Positions 51,210 to 61,115 of a stretch of DNA of 64,000 nucleotides are shown here, piece after piece; the stretch's first letter is position 1; each line of letters starts with the position of its first letter. Both the position numbers and the translations under genes were made by a program. The DNA is from Faecousia sp. (GTDB lineage Bacteria > Bacillota > Clostridia > Oscillospirales > Oscillospiraceae). The notes beneath the pieces are model-generated. The model ran no database searches. It was not told the DNA's origin and was given only the letters and a program-made list of their open reading frames with translations. Location: NCBI GenBank assembly GCA_045123795.1, contig JBGVKN010000082.1, positions 26,147-90,146 of the forward strand. The letters run 5' to 3'.

Positions 51210-51839
51210 ATGTTTACACCGCAGCAGATAGAACAGATCTCTTTCAGCCGCGCTACCTTCGGCGGCTATGATATGCAGGCTGTGGATGAATTTCTGGAGC
51301 CTTTGACCGAGGACTATGTGACCCTGTACAAGGAAAACGCTCTGCTGAAAAGCAAGATGCGTGTTCTGGTTGGCAAGCTGGAGGAATACCGGGCCAACGA
51401 GGCCAGCATGAAGGACGCCATCGTCAACGCCCAGAAGACCTGCGATCAGATGGTCAAGGACGCAGAAAGCAAATGCACCCAGATGCTCAACGAAGCAAAC
51501 GTTGCCGCTGCAGAGAACGCCAAAAACAATGACGTTCTGATCGCCGCTGAAAACGACCGGGTGGAGGAGGCTAAGAAGGCCGCTTCCGAGAAGATCCTGC
51601 AGATTGAAGATCAGATCAAGGCTTGCCTTGAAACGCTGGCTAAGATCCGTGAGGACATCGCCCCTGTGAAGGCTCCCGAGGCTGATCCGGTGGACGAGAT
51701 CTCCCAGAACCTTGAGGCTCTGGTGGGCACCACCCAGGACACTGCCCCCAAGGCAGAGCCCAAGCATCCCGTGTCTGAGACCACCAGCAAGTTTGCCAAT
51801 TTGCAGTTTGGCCGGAACTACGACCCCACCAAGAAGTAA
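51210..51839 (+). CDS. divIVA: DivIVA-domain protein
   Basis: FTPQQI..GGYDMQAVDEFL followed by coiled coil. Confidence 0.88.
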   Translation: MFTPQQIEQISFSRATFGGYDMQAVDEFLEPLTEDYVTLYKENALLKSKMRVLVGKLEEYRANEASMKDAIVNAQKTCDQMVKDAESKCTQMLNEANVAAAENAKNNDVLIAAENDRVEEAKKAASEKILQIEDQIKACLETLAKIREDIAPVKAPEADPVDEISQNLEALVGTTQDTAPKAEPKHPVSETTSKFANLQFGRNYDPTKK

Positions 51840-51845
51840 ATACGA

Positions 51846-52088
51846 AACGCTTTGATGAGGACAGGTGGACATATCCCCCGCTTTCAGAGAGCTGCCGGTT
51901 TGGTGCAAGGCAGCAGGCGGAAATATGACCCATATCACCTCGGAGCAGCGGACTGAATTGCAGTAGGTCACGCCGGGTACGCCCGATACAGCGACTTCAA
52001 GTGTCGGCTTTTTGCCGGAACAAGAGTGGTACCGCAGAGGTTATGCACGCCTTTGTCTCTTCGTATAGGGACAAAGGCGTGTTTTTTC
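51846..52088 (+). ncRNA. Ile T-box leader
   Basis: AGAGAG..GGTGCAA stem-I apex, ATC specifier at 51934-51936, AAGAGTGGTACCGC at 52022-52035 and terminator at 52046-52088. Confidence 0.9.
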
Positions 52089-52122
52089 ATTAATTCGCCC
52101 CAACGCTTTGCATGGTGATGTT

Positions 52123-52461
52123 ATGACTTATTTTTTGACCGCCCCCCAACGGAAAGAAACACAAAGTACGCTGTATTTTGAGTTTCAGAAAGGTCGGTTC
52201 CGGCATAAATTCTGGAAAGATGATTCCATTTACCTGCACGCCGATATCTTTGATCGCTTGGGATTGGACGCAATTTTCTCTGAATTGATCCCGAATTTCC
52301 ACTACTTTGCAGACACCTGGGTTTCCGCCGAACAATATCACGCCGTTAGAGCCGTAGCATTGGCTCATGGTGGTGAACTTGCGGCAGTATTTGCGGAATT
52401 GGATGTTTGGGTCACGGAATGTTTCCGAACTGAAGATTGTTTCACCATTTTGGGGACATAA
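52123..52461 (+). CDS. Hypothetical protein
   Basis: Open 112-aa frame MTYFLTAPQRKETQSTLYFEFQKG after GGTGA. Confidence 0.7.
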   Translation: MTYFLTAPQRKETQSTLYFEFQKGRFRHKFWKDDSIYLHADIFDRLGLDAIFSELIPNFHYFADTWVSAEQYHAVRAVALAHGGELAAVFAELDVWVTECFRTEDCFTILGT

Positions 52462-52473
52462 AGGAGACAGTAA

Positions 52474-52698
52474 ATGAAGCACGTTTTATTTATCCTTCAA
52501 ATGCTTTTACTTTTCGCAATCGTTATTCAGCTGTGGCAATTATTCCGTTTTTTCAAAAAGCTGCCCGAGGATGAGGTGATTGGAGAAGAACGTGCCAAGT
52601 ATCTGCAACTGCGCCTTACACTTCTTATAGTTTGCATTGGTATTGAAAGCGTCCTTTCCATCATCCAGAGTGTTTTACGGTTTTTTGACGGATTATAA
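52474..52698 (+). CDS. Small 2-TM hypothetical protein
   Basis: AAAGGAG RBS; two hydrophobic helices. Confidence 0.7.
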   Translation: MKHVLFILQMLLLFAIVIQLWQLFRFFKKLPEDEVIGEERAKYLQLRLTLLIVCIGIESVLSIIQSVLRFFDGL

Positions 52699-52699
52699 T

Positions 52700-52734
52700 G
52701 GAGATTGCCACGGGCCTACGGCCCTCGCAATGAC
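52700..52734. repeat. GGAGATTGCCACG..CTCGCAATGAC repeat
   Basis: Inner stem GGGCC-TAC-GGCCC. Confidence 0.8.
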
Positions 52735-52752
52735 GCAAAAAATGTCAAGTCT

Positions 52753-52774
52753 GGGAGGGTAATCCCTCCCCTAC
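52753..52774 (-). repeat. GTAG-type REP-like palindrome
   Basis: Minus strand reads GTAG-GGGAGGG-ATTA-CCCTCCC. Confidence 0.55.
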
Positions 52775-52808
52775 AATATAGTAATTTTATATCAAGAGGT
52801 ATTTTCAA

Positions 52809-55595
52809 ATGGATTTCAAGAACACCATCATCACCCCCAAGACCGACTTCCCCATGAAGGCCGGTCTGCCTGCCCGGGAGCCCGGTATGCTGGCTCGCTG
52901 GGAAGAGCAGGATCTGTACGCTTGCCTGCTGGAGAAGAATAAGGACCTGCCCCCCTTCGTCCTGCATGACGGCCCTCCCTTCTCCAACGGCTACATCCAT
53001 ATGGGTCACGCTCTGAACAAGACCCTGAAGGACTTCATCATCCGCTCCCACGCCATGACCGGCTACTACACCCCCTACGTTCCCGGCTGGGACAACCATG
53101 GTCTGCCCATTGAGCGTGCCATTGAAAAGTCCAAGAGCAAGCTGAACAAGGATATGTCCGTGTCTGAGTTCCGTCTGGCCTGTGAAGCCTTCGCTGAGGA
53201 CTTCATCCAGAAGCAGATGGGCGGCTTCAAGCGGCTGGGCGTCGTGGGCGACTGGGAGCATCCCTACCGCACCATGGACAAGCATGTCGAGGCGCAGGAA
53301 GTCAAGGTCTTTGGCCGGATGTTCGACAAGGGCTATATCTACAAGGGTCTGAAGCCCGTCACCTGGTGCCCCTTCTGCGCCACCGCTGTTGCCGAGGCCG
53401 ATATCGAGTATCAGGACGATCCCTGTACCTCTGTTTACGTCAAGTTCCCCATGAAGGACGATCTGGGCAAGCTGTCTGAGTTCGATCAGAGCAAGATGTT
53501 CTTCGTGATTTGGACCACCACCATCTGGACGTTGCCCGGCAACATGGGCATCTGCCTGCATCCCCGGGACAAGTACGTGCTGGTGAAGGCCGACAACGGC
53601 GAAACCTACATCATGGCAGAAGCTCTGATGGAGAAGACCATGAAGCAGGGTGGCTTCGAGAATTACGAAGTCCTCGCTACCTACCCCGGTCAGTTCTTCG
53701 AGAATATGCTGGCTCAGCATCCCTTCCTGGACAAGACCTCCCGTCTGGTCAACGCCGAGTACGTCACCATGGACTCCGGTACGGGCTGTGTTCACACTGC
53801 CCCCGGCTTCGGTGCAGACGACTATCAGACCTGCATGCGCTACGGCATGGATCTGGTGGTGCCTGTGGACGATTACGGCCGCCACACCGACTACGCCGGC
53901 AAGTATGAGGGTCTGAAGACTGAGGACTCTAACCCCATCATTCTGGCTGATATGAAGGAAAGTGGTATGCTGTTCGCTTCCGAGAACATCGTCCACTCCT
54001 ACCCCCACCACGATCGCTGCAAGAAGCCCATCATCTTCCGGGCAACTCCCCAGTGGTTCTGCTCTGTGGAATCCTTCAAGGATCAGGCCGTTGCCGCCAT
54101 TGAAAATGTTCAGTGGTTCCCCGCATGGGGCGAGGATCGGATGGTCAGCATGATCCGTGAGCGTGCCGACTGGTGCATTTCCCGTCAGCGCCGCTGGGGT
54201 CTGCCCATCCCTGTGTTCTACTGCAAGGACTGCGGAAAGCCTGTTTCCAACCCCGACTCCATCGAGAAGATCTCCAAGCTGTTTGACGAGTTCGGCTCCA
54301 ACGTCTGGTTCGAAAAGGACGCCATGGAACTGATTCCCGACGGCTTCACCTGCCCCCACTGCGGCGGCACTGCCTTCGACAAGGAAACCGACACGCTGGA
54401 CTGCTGGTTCGACTCCGGTTCTACCCACTACGCCTCCCTGATGCACCGCACCCCCGAGCTGTGGCCTGCGGACGTGTATCTGGAGGGTGCTGACCAGTAC
54501 CGTGGCTGGTTCCAGTCCTCCCTGCTGACCAGCGTCGGCGCTCTGGATCAAGGCGCTCCCTTCAAGCAGGTGCTGACCCACGGCTGGGTCGTTGACGGTC
54601 AGGGCCGTGCCATGCACAAATCGCTGGGCAATGGCGTTGACCCCGCCGATCTGATCAAGGACTTCGGCGCAGATATCGTCCGTCTGTGGGCTGCTTCCTC
54701 CGACTATCACGCCGATGTGCGCTGCTCCAAGGAGATCTTCAAGCAGATCGCTCAGAACTATCTGAAGTTCCGCAACACTGCCCGGTACTGCCTGGGCAAC
54801 CTGAACGACTTTGATCCTAACAATCTGGTTCCCGCTGACGAGATGGAGGAGCTGGATCGCTGGGCTCTGACCAAGCTGGGCAAGCTGATCACCGCCTGCC
54901 GCAAGGCTTACGACAATTACGAATTCCACATGGTTTCCCACGCCATCAACGACTTCTGCGTCGTGGAACTGTCCAGCTTCTATCTGGACATCATCAAGGA
55001 TCGGCTGTACTGTGACGAGGCTGCAGGCAATCGCCGCCGCTCCGCTCAGAGCGCCCTGTTCCTGATCGTGGATGCCATGGCAAAGCTATTTGCGCCCATT
55101 CTGGCCTTCACCTGTGACGAAATCTGGCAGTCCATGCCCCACCGTGAGGGTGACGACGTGCGCAACGTCCTGCTGAACCAGATGCCCGCTGACATGAACG
55201 CTTACGTTCTGTCTGACGAGATCATGGACAAGTGGGCCACTGTTATGAAGCTGCGTCAGGATGTGAATGGCGTGCTGGAGAAGGCTCGTGCCGACAAGCG
55301 CATCGGCAAGGCTCTGGAGGCTCACGTTGCCCTGTCCGGTGACGAAGCTCTGAAGGCCACCTGTGCTGATGTGAACCTGGCTGAAATCTGCATCGTGTCT
55401 GCCTGCGACTGGGCAGATGCTGAGGAAGGCGCCGAGGTTGGCAACGGTGTCAACTTCCCCGGTCTGACCATCGCCGTGTCCGAAGCCAAGGGTGAGAAGT
55501 GCCCCCGTTGCTGGATGCACTCTCAGGCCGCCGACGCCGAGGGTCTGTGCCCCCGCTGCGCTGCCGTCATTGCCAAGCTGGATGTTGAACTATAA
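52809..55595 (+). CDS. ileS: Isoleucine--tRNA ligase (type 1)
   Basis: LHDGPP..HMGH, DWCISRQR, AMHKS and C-terminal CPRC..CPRC. Confidence 0.97.
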   Translation: MDFKNTIITPKTDFPMKAGLPAREPGMLARWEEQDLYACLLEKNKDLPPFVLHDGPPFSNGYIHMGHALNKTLKDFIIRSHAMTGYYTPYVPGWDNHGLPIERAIEKSKSKLNKDMSVSEFRLACEAFAEDFIQKQMGGFKRLGVVGDWEHPYRTMDKHVEAQEVKVFGRMFDKGYIYKGLKPVTWCPFCATAVAEADIEYQDDPCTSVYVKFPMKDDLGKLSEFDQSKMFFVIWTTTIWTLPGNMGICLHPRDKYVLVKADNGETYIMAEALMEKTMKQGGFENYEVLATYPGQFFENMLAQHPFLDKTSRLVNAEYVTMDSGTGCVHTAPGFGADDYQTCMRYGMDLVVPVDDYGRHTDYAGKYEGLKTEDSNPIILADMKESGMLFASENIVHSYPHHDRCKKPIIFRATPQWFCSVESFKDQAVAAIENVQWFPAWGEDRMVSMIRERADWCISRQRRWGLPIPVFYCKDCGKPVSNPDSIEKISKLFDEFGSNVWFEKDAMELIPDGFTCPHCGGTAFDKETDTLDCWFDSGSTHYASLMHRTPELWPADVYLEGADQYRGWFQSSLLTSVGALDQGAPFKQVLTHGWVVDGQGRAMHKSLGNGVDPADLIKDFGADIVRLWAASSDYHADVRCSKEIFKQIAQNYLKFRNTARYCLGNLNDFDPNNLVPADEMEELDRWALTKLGKLITACRKAYDNYEFHMVSHAINDFCVVELSSFYLDIIKDRLYCDEAAGNRRRSAQSALFLIVDAMAKLFAPILAFTCDEIWQSMPHREGDDVRNVLLNQMPADMNAYVLSDEIMDKWATVMKLRQDVNGVLEKARADKRIGKALEAHVALSGDEALKATCADVNLAEICIVSACDWADAEEGAEVGNGVNFPGLTIAVSEAKGEKCPRCWMHSQAADAEGLCPRCAAVIAKLDVEL

Positions 55596-55631
55596 TCAAA
55601 AATCGCCCTGTCACCAGACAGGGCGATTTTC

Positions 55632-56138
55632 TCATTTCAGTTTGAATCGCCAAAGGCGGTCTTGATCCTCCTGGCTGGCATAGCCAATCCCCACACGTTT
55701 ATCGGTCGCTACCTCGCAAGGGATGCCATCATCCTCGATCCACAGTTCATCGCCGCAGATGCTCCCACGGTTCAGTTCCCCGGTAATGCCGAGAGCTTTG
55801 GTCAGCCGACCGGGGCCAGGCGCATCCACGCAGGCTCGAATGAGAACCGCCTGTGGGTCTTCTGCGTCCCCTGTGACTACATTCAGCAGCCAATGCACGC
55901 CGTAGCACAGGTAGATGTAGATAGTGCCAGCATCGGCGTACAGCACCTCCGTGCGCTTAGTGCGTCCCTTGTGAGCGTGGCAGGCGGTATCCGCTTCACC
56001 GCAGTAGCTTTCCGTTTCAGAGATGCGAAGGCGACGGATTTCTCCTGATGGCAGACGGTGAACCAGCCACTTCCCCACCAGTTCCCGGGCTACCTGCAGG
56101 CACGGACGATGATAGAATTCATATTTTAGACGTTCCAA
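55632..56138 (-). CDS. DNA-3-methyladenine glycosylase (MPG/AAG family)
   Basis: ISETESY, YIYLCYGVHWLLN, AVLIRA, GPGRL and RVGI. Confidence 0.9.
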   Translation of the reverse strand: MERLKYEFYHRPCLQVARELVGKWLVHRLPSGEIRRLRISETESYCGEADTACHAHKGRTKRTEVLYADAGTIYIYLCYGVHWLLNVVTGDAEDPQAVLIRACVDAPGPGRLTKALGITGELNRGSICGDELWIEDDGIPCEVATDKRVGIGYASQEDQDRLWRFKLK

Positions 56139-56195
56139 AGGGTCACATCCTTTATTTTATTAAAACAAAAACCAGTCCATTCGGACTGGTTTTTG

Positions 56196-56280
56196 TGGTG
56201 GGGGAGGACGGATTCGAACCATCGAAGCGATACGCAGCAGATTTACAGTCTGTCCCCTTTGGCCACTCGGGAACTCCCCC
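56196..56280 (-). tRNA. tRNA-Tyr(GTA)
   Basis: GGGGGAG acceptor, CTGTAAA loop, long variable arm, TTCGAA and CCA end. Confidence 0.95.
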
Positions 56281-56300
56281 ATATTTAGTTGCTGTCTGAT

Positions 56301-56376
56301 TGGAGCCGGTAGACGGACTCGAACCCCCGACCTACTGATTACAAATCAGTTGCTCTACCAACTGAGCTATACCGGC
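56301..56376 (-). tRNA. tRNA-Thr(TGT)
   Basis: GCCGGTA acceptor, CTGAT-TTGTAA-TCAG anticodon arm and CCA end. Confidence 0.95.
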
Positions 56377-56533
56377 GGCTCAAACAGAACACGCTTATTA
56401 TAGCATGAAAATGCCATTTGTCAAGCATTATTTTCGTTTTTTCTCTTTTAAATTTATCTGAGTCTATTCCCATTCTCTTGACATCGAGAAATAGACCTGA
56501 TACACTAAAAACATGGAAAAAGGAGGGAATAAG

Positions 56534-57370
56534 ATGGGTGCAGTCGCTTTTATCGTGTTTTTAATCATCGTGCTGGGCTTTGGTCTGGTGGTTACACTTG
56601 TGGGATTGATCGGTACGATCCTTTCCGCAGCACGCAAGCGAAAGTCCTTGTGTGCCGTTATGGTGGTGTTGCTGGTGATCGGTACGATTATCACCGTGCT
56701 TCCCATAGGACTCGGCGCTCTGATCTTATATCCCAATACCATCGTGCCCAGTGATTTTGTGGACACCGGCATTGTCATTGAGGGACACCCTTTCCGGGAT
56801 GGTTATTTTGCCGTAGAGGGCATCCGCTACTGCGAACTGGACTTGTACGCCAATTATGAAACCTGCGCACAGATCGCCACGCCGGTATTTAGCTACAAAC
56901 CCGATGGTATTCTGAACCGAAGCCAATGGGCTAATTTGTACCATATCAAAAACAGTCAAGGCTTCGACTTAGTCTGGAGCACCTCCGGCAGGCTTTACTG
57001 TCCGGAAAATCAGGTGAACGTCATTACGAATTATTATTCCACCTGTCCGCACTCATGGGCCTGTTATGTAGACGGACGCAAGATTTCCCTATCTCCCACC
57101 GCCACCACCGCTTTGGATATCTACTATACCCAGACTTCATCCGAGCCTGCTGTCCCCATTCAAGCACCGATTGTGCTGGAAGCCTATGCTGACTGTTATT
57201 CCTCAGATGGGATCATCGTTCTGGACTACATCGACTTTGTTGTAACTAAAAACGGGCTGTACGAGGCATCGGTCATCGACCTTGACAGTGATACACACGA
57301 ATTGATTTATGAAGGATGGCGAGTTCCGGATGCGCTGGCAGCACCTTTGCTGAAGGACTTAGGTGATTAA
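56534..57370 (+). CDS. Hypothetical protein with two N-terminal TM helices
   Basis: AAGGAGG RBS before MGAVAF; no recognised family. Confidence 0.7.
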   Translation: MGAVAFIVFLIIVLGFGLVVTLVGLIGTILSAARKRKSLCAVMVVLLVIGTIITVLPIGLGALILYPNTIVPSDFVDTGIVIEGHPFRDGYFAVEGIRYCELDLYANYETCAQIATPVFSYKPDGILNRSQWANLYHIKNSQGFDLVWSTSGRLYCPENQVNVITNYYSTCPHSWACYVDGRKISLSPTATTALDIYYTQTSSEPAVPIQAPIVLEAYADCYSSDGIIVLDYIDFVVTKNGLYEASVIDLDSDTHELIYEGWRVPDALAAPLLKDLGD

Positions 57371-57393
57371 TCTCAGAAAAGGGTGATGCAACC

Positions 57394-58131
57394 ATGAAAA
57401 CCACCGATTGGAAATTTGATTTTTCTTCTCTGCCTCTATGGGATATTCGCGAAAAGTTCTGGGACGCTCATGACCGTTTTTTCGAAATTCCTCAGAGCGA
57501 CACGCTGTGCTGCATTTACTCCATTTACGAGGTAACCATGTGTAACAATTTGGGACGCATGGCAATACTCAAGAATAAGCAAAGCCCTCAATTGGTGGCG
57601 CAATGCTCCTACCCCTTCCACGTCAATTTCTCCGTCAGTGATGATGGTCGTCTGATTTTTCTTCAGCCTTGCCTGTATGACCAAGAGTGCGGAATTAAAA
57701 CTCCCATTCTGATCATTGACCTGGTGGAGAACCGGTTTTCTTATGTATTAACGGACAGCATTAGCAGTTGGCATAGCGTCAAGCAGAAAAGCAGCGACGT
57801 TTTCGTGGTTAATGCGCAGGAATACAACCGTGGCGAGCAGCGTCATATAGAAATCCCCGTCATGGAGTTTCAAATTCAACCGTTGCAATGGCACGATCTC
57901 AGTCAGTTGAACACCCTGCGTCAGTTGATTTTCCCTGAAGAACCGGAAAAGGTTGCGCCAAGAAAAGGCGTTTGGAATTATCTATCCGTTGGGCTGGATA
58001 TTACCATGGTTCTCTTGGCCCTTATCAATATTTCATTCGGTAAGGCCACCTTCATTGACTATTTGATTATTCTTGGACAAATTCTCATTGTTTTCCCTGT
58101 ATATCTGGCCGTGCATAAGCATAAGAGGTGA
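57394..58131 (+). CDS. Hypothetical protein with two C-terminal TM helices
   Basis: Long ORF in an operon-like run; no recognised family. Confidence 0.7.
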   Translation: MKTTDWKFDFSSLPLWDIREKFWDAHDRFFEIPQSDTLCCIYSIYEVTMCNNLGRMAILKNKQSPQLVAQCSYPFHVNFSVSDDGRLIFLQPCLYDQECGIKTPILIIDLVENRFSYVLTDSISSWHSVKQKSSDVFVVNAQEYNRGEQRHIEIPVMEFQIQPLQWHDLSQLNTLRQLIFPEEPEKVAPRKGVWNYLSVGLDITMVLLALINISFGKATFIDYLIILGQILIVFPVYLAVHKHKR

Positions 58132-58137
58132 TTTTCC

Positions 58138-58848
58138 ATGCTTTACCGATACGAAACACACTGCCACAGCAGTCAATGCAGCGCCTGTGCCCACAGCACC
58201 GCACAGGCGCTGGTACATGCCTACAAGGACGCAGGCTACGCTGGACTGATCCTAACCGACCATTTTATCCACGGCAATACTTCTGTAGATGCCGGACTGC
58301 CTTGGGCAGTACGAATGGAACGCTATTACGGCGCATACTTAGACGCAAAGGCAGAAGGCGAGAAGCTGGACTTTGATGTGATCTTCGCCCTTGAGCACGC
58401 CTACGGCGGCCAGGAGGTTCTGGTATACGGCATTGATTTACCTTTCCTGCTGGACAACCCGGACATCCCTCAATTGGCCATCGACGAATTTGCCCAGCGG
58501 GTACACGACTATGGCGGCATCCTCATTCAAGCTCACCCCTACCGCTACGGCGGCTGGGATGTGACCGTACGGTTGGATCTGGTGGACGGACTTGAGATTT
58601 TTAACGCCGGAAATGACCCTGTAAAGAATCAGATGGCACTGCAAAAAAGCAAAGAATCCCCCTGTATTTTGACCTCCGGCGCAGACACCCATTACAAGGG
58701 AGAGCCACGAATCGGACAGGCGGGTATTGCCCTTCCCTACCGAATCCACAATGAAAAGGAACTGGTTACTGCGTTGAAAAAGGGCGATCACCAATACATA
58801 ATTGGAGGAAAAATTCTTTCATCCATTTCGGAAGATGACTTGAGGTAA
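58138..58848 (+). CDS. PHP-domain metallophosphoesterase
   Basis: ETHCHS, LTDHF, QAHPYR and GADTH. Confidence 0.85.
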   Translation: MLYRYETHCHSSQCSACAHSTAQALVHAYKDAGYAGLILTDHFIHGNTSVDAGLPWAVRMERYYGAYLDAKAEGEKLDFDVIFALEHAYGGQEVLVYGIDLPFLLDNPDIPQLAIDEFAQRVHDYGGILIQAHPYRYGGWDVTVRLDLVDGLEIFNAGNDPVKNQMALQKSKESPCILTSGADTHYKGEPRIGQAGIALPYRIHNEKELVTALKKGDHQYIIGGKILSSISEDDLR

Positions 58849-58853
58849 GGAAC

Positions 58854-59441
58854 ATGGAGATTCTATATTCTGATAAGGAGATCGTGGTCTGCGTCAAGCC
58901 TGTGGGCATGGATTCGGAACACGAAGTGCCCGCTGATTTGGTTGAAGCCCTTGGGGGCGAAATATATCCCATCCACCGGCTGGACAAAAATGTGGGTGGT
59001 GTCATGGTCTACGCCCGGACAAAACAGTCCGCCGCCACCCTGAGCAAAGCCGTTCAGGAGGGCACCATGGTCAAGGAATACGTGGCCATGGTTCACGGTA
59101 CACCGCCGGAAAACGGCGACTGGACAGATCTTCTGTGGAAGGATAGCGGCAAAAATAAGGTGTTTGTGGTGAAGCGGGAACGCAAAGGCGTCAAAAAGGC
59201 ACGATTGGAGTTTCAGCGGCTGGTGGTGGGCGAGAACTCCCTTGTCCGCATTCGCCTGCACACCGGGCGAAGCCATCAGATCCGGGTTCAATTCGCCAGC
59301 CGGGGGTATCCACTGGTGGGCGACCACAAATACGGAGCCAGAGATGATTCGACCGCTCCCATGCTGTTTTCCTGCCGTCTAACCTTCCCCTATGGTGGCC
59401 AGCTCCGTCAATTTGAAGCGCTGCCCGACTGGGCGATGTAA
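58854..59441 (+). CDS. RluA-family pseudouridine synthase
   Basis: KPVG, HRLD, TGRSHQIR and GDHKYG. Confidence 0.9.
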   Translation: MEILYSDKEIVVCVKPVGMDSEHEVPADLVEALGGEIYPIHRLDKNVGGVMVYARTKQSAATLSKAVQEGTMVKEYVAMVHGTPPENGDWTDLLWKDSGKNKVFVVKRERKGVKKARLEFQRLVVGENSLVRIRLHTGRSHQIRVQFASRGYPLVGDHKYGARDDSTAPMLFSCRLTFPYGGQLRQFEALPDWAM

Positions 59442-59536
59442 CTGTTTTGTAGTGAAACTGTAACCTGATTGTAGTTGCATCCAGCTTTTCTTTCTGATAA
59501 ACTGGAAATAGATAACAAGACAAGGAGGTAACGACT

Positions 59537-60409
59537 ATGAAGTACAAACGAATATTTGCCATTCTATTGGCAGTACTGCTGTTACTGGCTGGCTGCTCGG
59601 CGCAGTCCAAGGACGCTTACTCCGGTGCCGCACCGGAAGCCGCCCCAGAAGATGGGATCTATGACAGCAGCTCCGGCACATCCAATGTGGTGACAGACCG
59701 CAAGCTGATCCGCCGGGTTTCATTGGATGCAGAAACCGAAGACATGGATAACCTGCTCCCCGCCATTGATGCTAAGGTGGCAGAACTGGGCGGCTATGCG
59801 GAAAGCCGCAGTGTTCGCAGTGGCAGCAGCTATGCTTCCTATGAGCAAAGTCGCTATGCCACCCTGACCATCCGCATTCCTGCCCAGCGGCTGGACGAAT
59901 TTGTAAGCCATGTGGGCGGTGTCAGCAACGTAACCTCCACCAGCGAAACATCCGAGGATGTAACGCTGAATTATGTAGCAATCGAGAGCCGCATGAAAGC
60001 GCTACAAGCAGAGGAAGCACGGCTGCTGGCTCTGATTGACAGCGCCGCCAATCTCAGCGAGCTGCTGGAACTGGAGAAACGGTTGACCGATGTGCGCACA
60101 GAGTTGGAAAAGGTCACATCCCAGCTCAAGCTGTATGACAATCTGGTGGACTATGGCACCGTCAATCTGTCCATCCGAGAGGTCACCAAGTATACCCCCA
60201 CGGAAGAACCTACCTTCTGGGAGCGCATTTCCGCCGGTTTTACCGGCAGCATGAAGAATTTAGGGTTTATATTGAAGGAACTGTTCATTATCTTCGTGTG
60301 CGCCCTTCCTTATCTGCTTCCCTTAGTAGGCATCGGTGGCATTGTTCTGCTGATCCTGAAGCTGGTCAGCAAAAAGAAAAAGGATACGCCGCCTCCAACT
60401 AACAACTGA
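59537..60409 (+). CDS. DUF4349-like lipoprotein
   Basis: LAGC lipobox, RKLIR, ATLTIRIP, EDVT..Y coiled coil and C-terminal TM. Confidence 0.8.
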   Translation: MKYKRIFAILLAVLLLLAGCSAQSKDAYSGAAPEAAPEDGIYDSSSGTSNVVTDRKLIRRVSLDAETEDMDNLLPAIDAKVAELGGYAESRSVRSGSSYASYEQSRYATLTIRIPAQRLDEFVSHVGGVSNVTSTSETSEDVTLNYVAIESRMKALQAEEARLLALIDSAANLSELLELEKRLTDVRTELEKVTSQLKLYDNLVDYGTVNLSIREVTKYTPTEEPTFWERISAGFTGSMKNLGFILKELFIIFVCALPYLLPLVGIGGIVLLILKLVSKKKKDTPPPTNN

Positions 60410-60444
60410 CAAAAAAACCGACGTGAATCGCACGTCGGTTTTTC

Positions 60445-61065
60445 CTATTTCATTTTATGTTCGCCCTTCACGGCGCTGCGCAGGCCCACCTCCGTACCAT
60501 TGCGAATACGGACAAAATTAACACGGTGCTTGAGAAGAATGATCACTGTGGGAATACAAAGAATCAGGGCAGTGATCGCATTATCGGTCAGAATGAACAT
60601 TCCGATCGGTACAGATACAACTGTACTCACCGTACCAACTACAATGTAATTGGAGATCAGGGTGACCACAACCAGCACCACCAGCACAACCAATGCAAGC
60701 TTCCAGTTCAATGCAATGGTCATGCCAATATAGGATGCCAACCCTTTTCCGCCCTTAAATTTGAGGTAGAATGGGTAAATATGTCCCAAAATACAAGCAA
60801 CACCCGCAAGAATCGGCGCATAAGGCAGTGTCTGGAACAGCCAGCACGCCAGCAGTACAGACAGAACGGCTTTGCCAATGTCGTGGATGCCCACCAACAC
60901 ACCGGCCTGCCAGCCCAGAAGCACCAACGCATTCGAAGCGCCCAAGTTACAACTACCGTTATTGCGCATATCTTTCTTCGCCAGCTTACTCAGATAAAAC
61001 GCCATATTAGACGAGCCCAGCAAATATGCGCCCAAAATCACAGCTAAATAACCCAAACAATACAC
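60445..61065 (-). CDS. plsY: Glycerol-3-phosphate acyltransferase (PlsY family)
   Basis: YLLGS, GSCNLGASN, DIGK, GHIYP..FKGGKG and HRVNF.RI..GTE. Confidence 0.85.
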   Translation of the reverse strand: MYCLGYLAVILGAYLLGSSNMAFYLSKLAKKDMRNNGSCNLGASNALVLLGWQAGVLVGIHDIGKAVLSVLLACWLFQTLPYAPILAGVACILGHIYPFYLKFKGGKGLASYIGMTIALNWKLALVVLVVLVVVTLISNYIVVGTVSTVVSVPIGMFILTDNAITALILCIPTVIILLKHRVNFVRIRNGTEVGLRSAVKGEHKMK

Positions 61066-61115
61066 CGCCTTTCTCTGATAGCGATTATATCATAAACAAC
61101 GGGTTATGAAAAGAA

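Noticed and set aside
54600-54630. IleRS AMHKS in place of KMSKS
   Set aside because: Variants of this motif occur in clostridial IleRS; the gene is otherwise intact.
56534-58131. tRNA-anchored genomic island
   Set aside because: The genes lie upstream of the tRNA 5' ends; no integrase or duplicated tRNA 3' end was seen.
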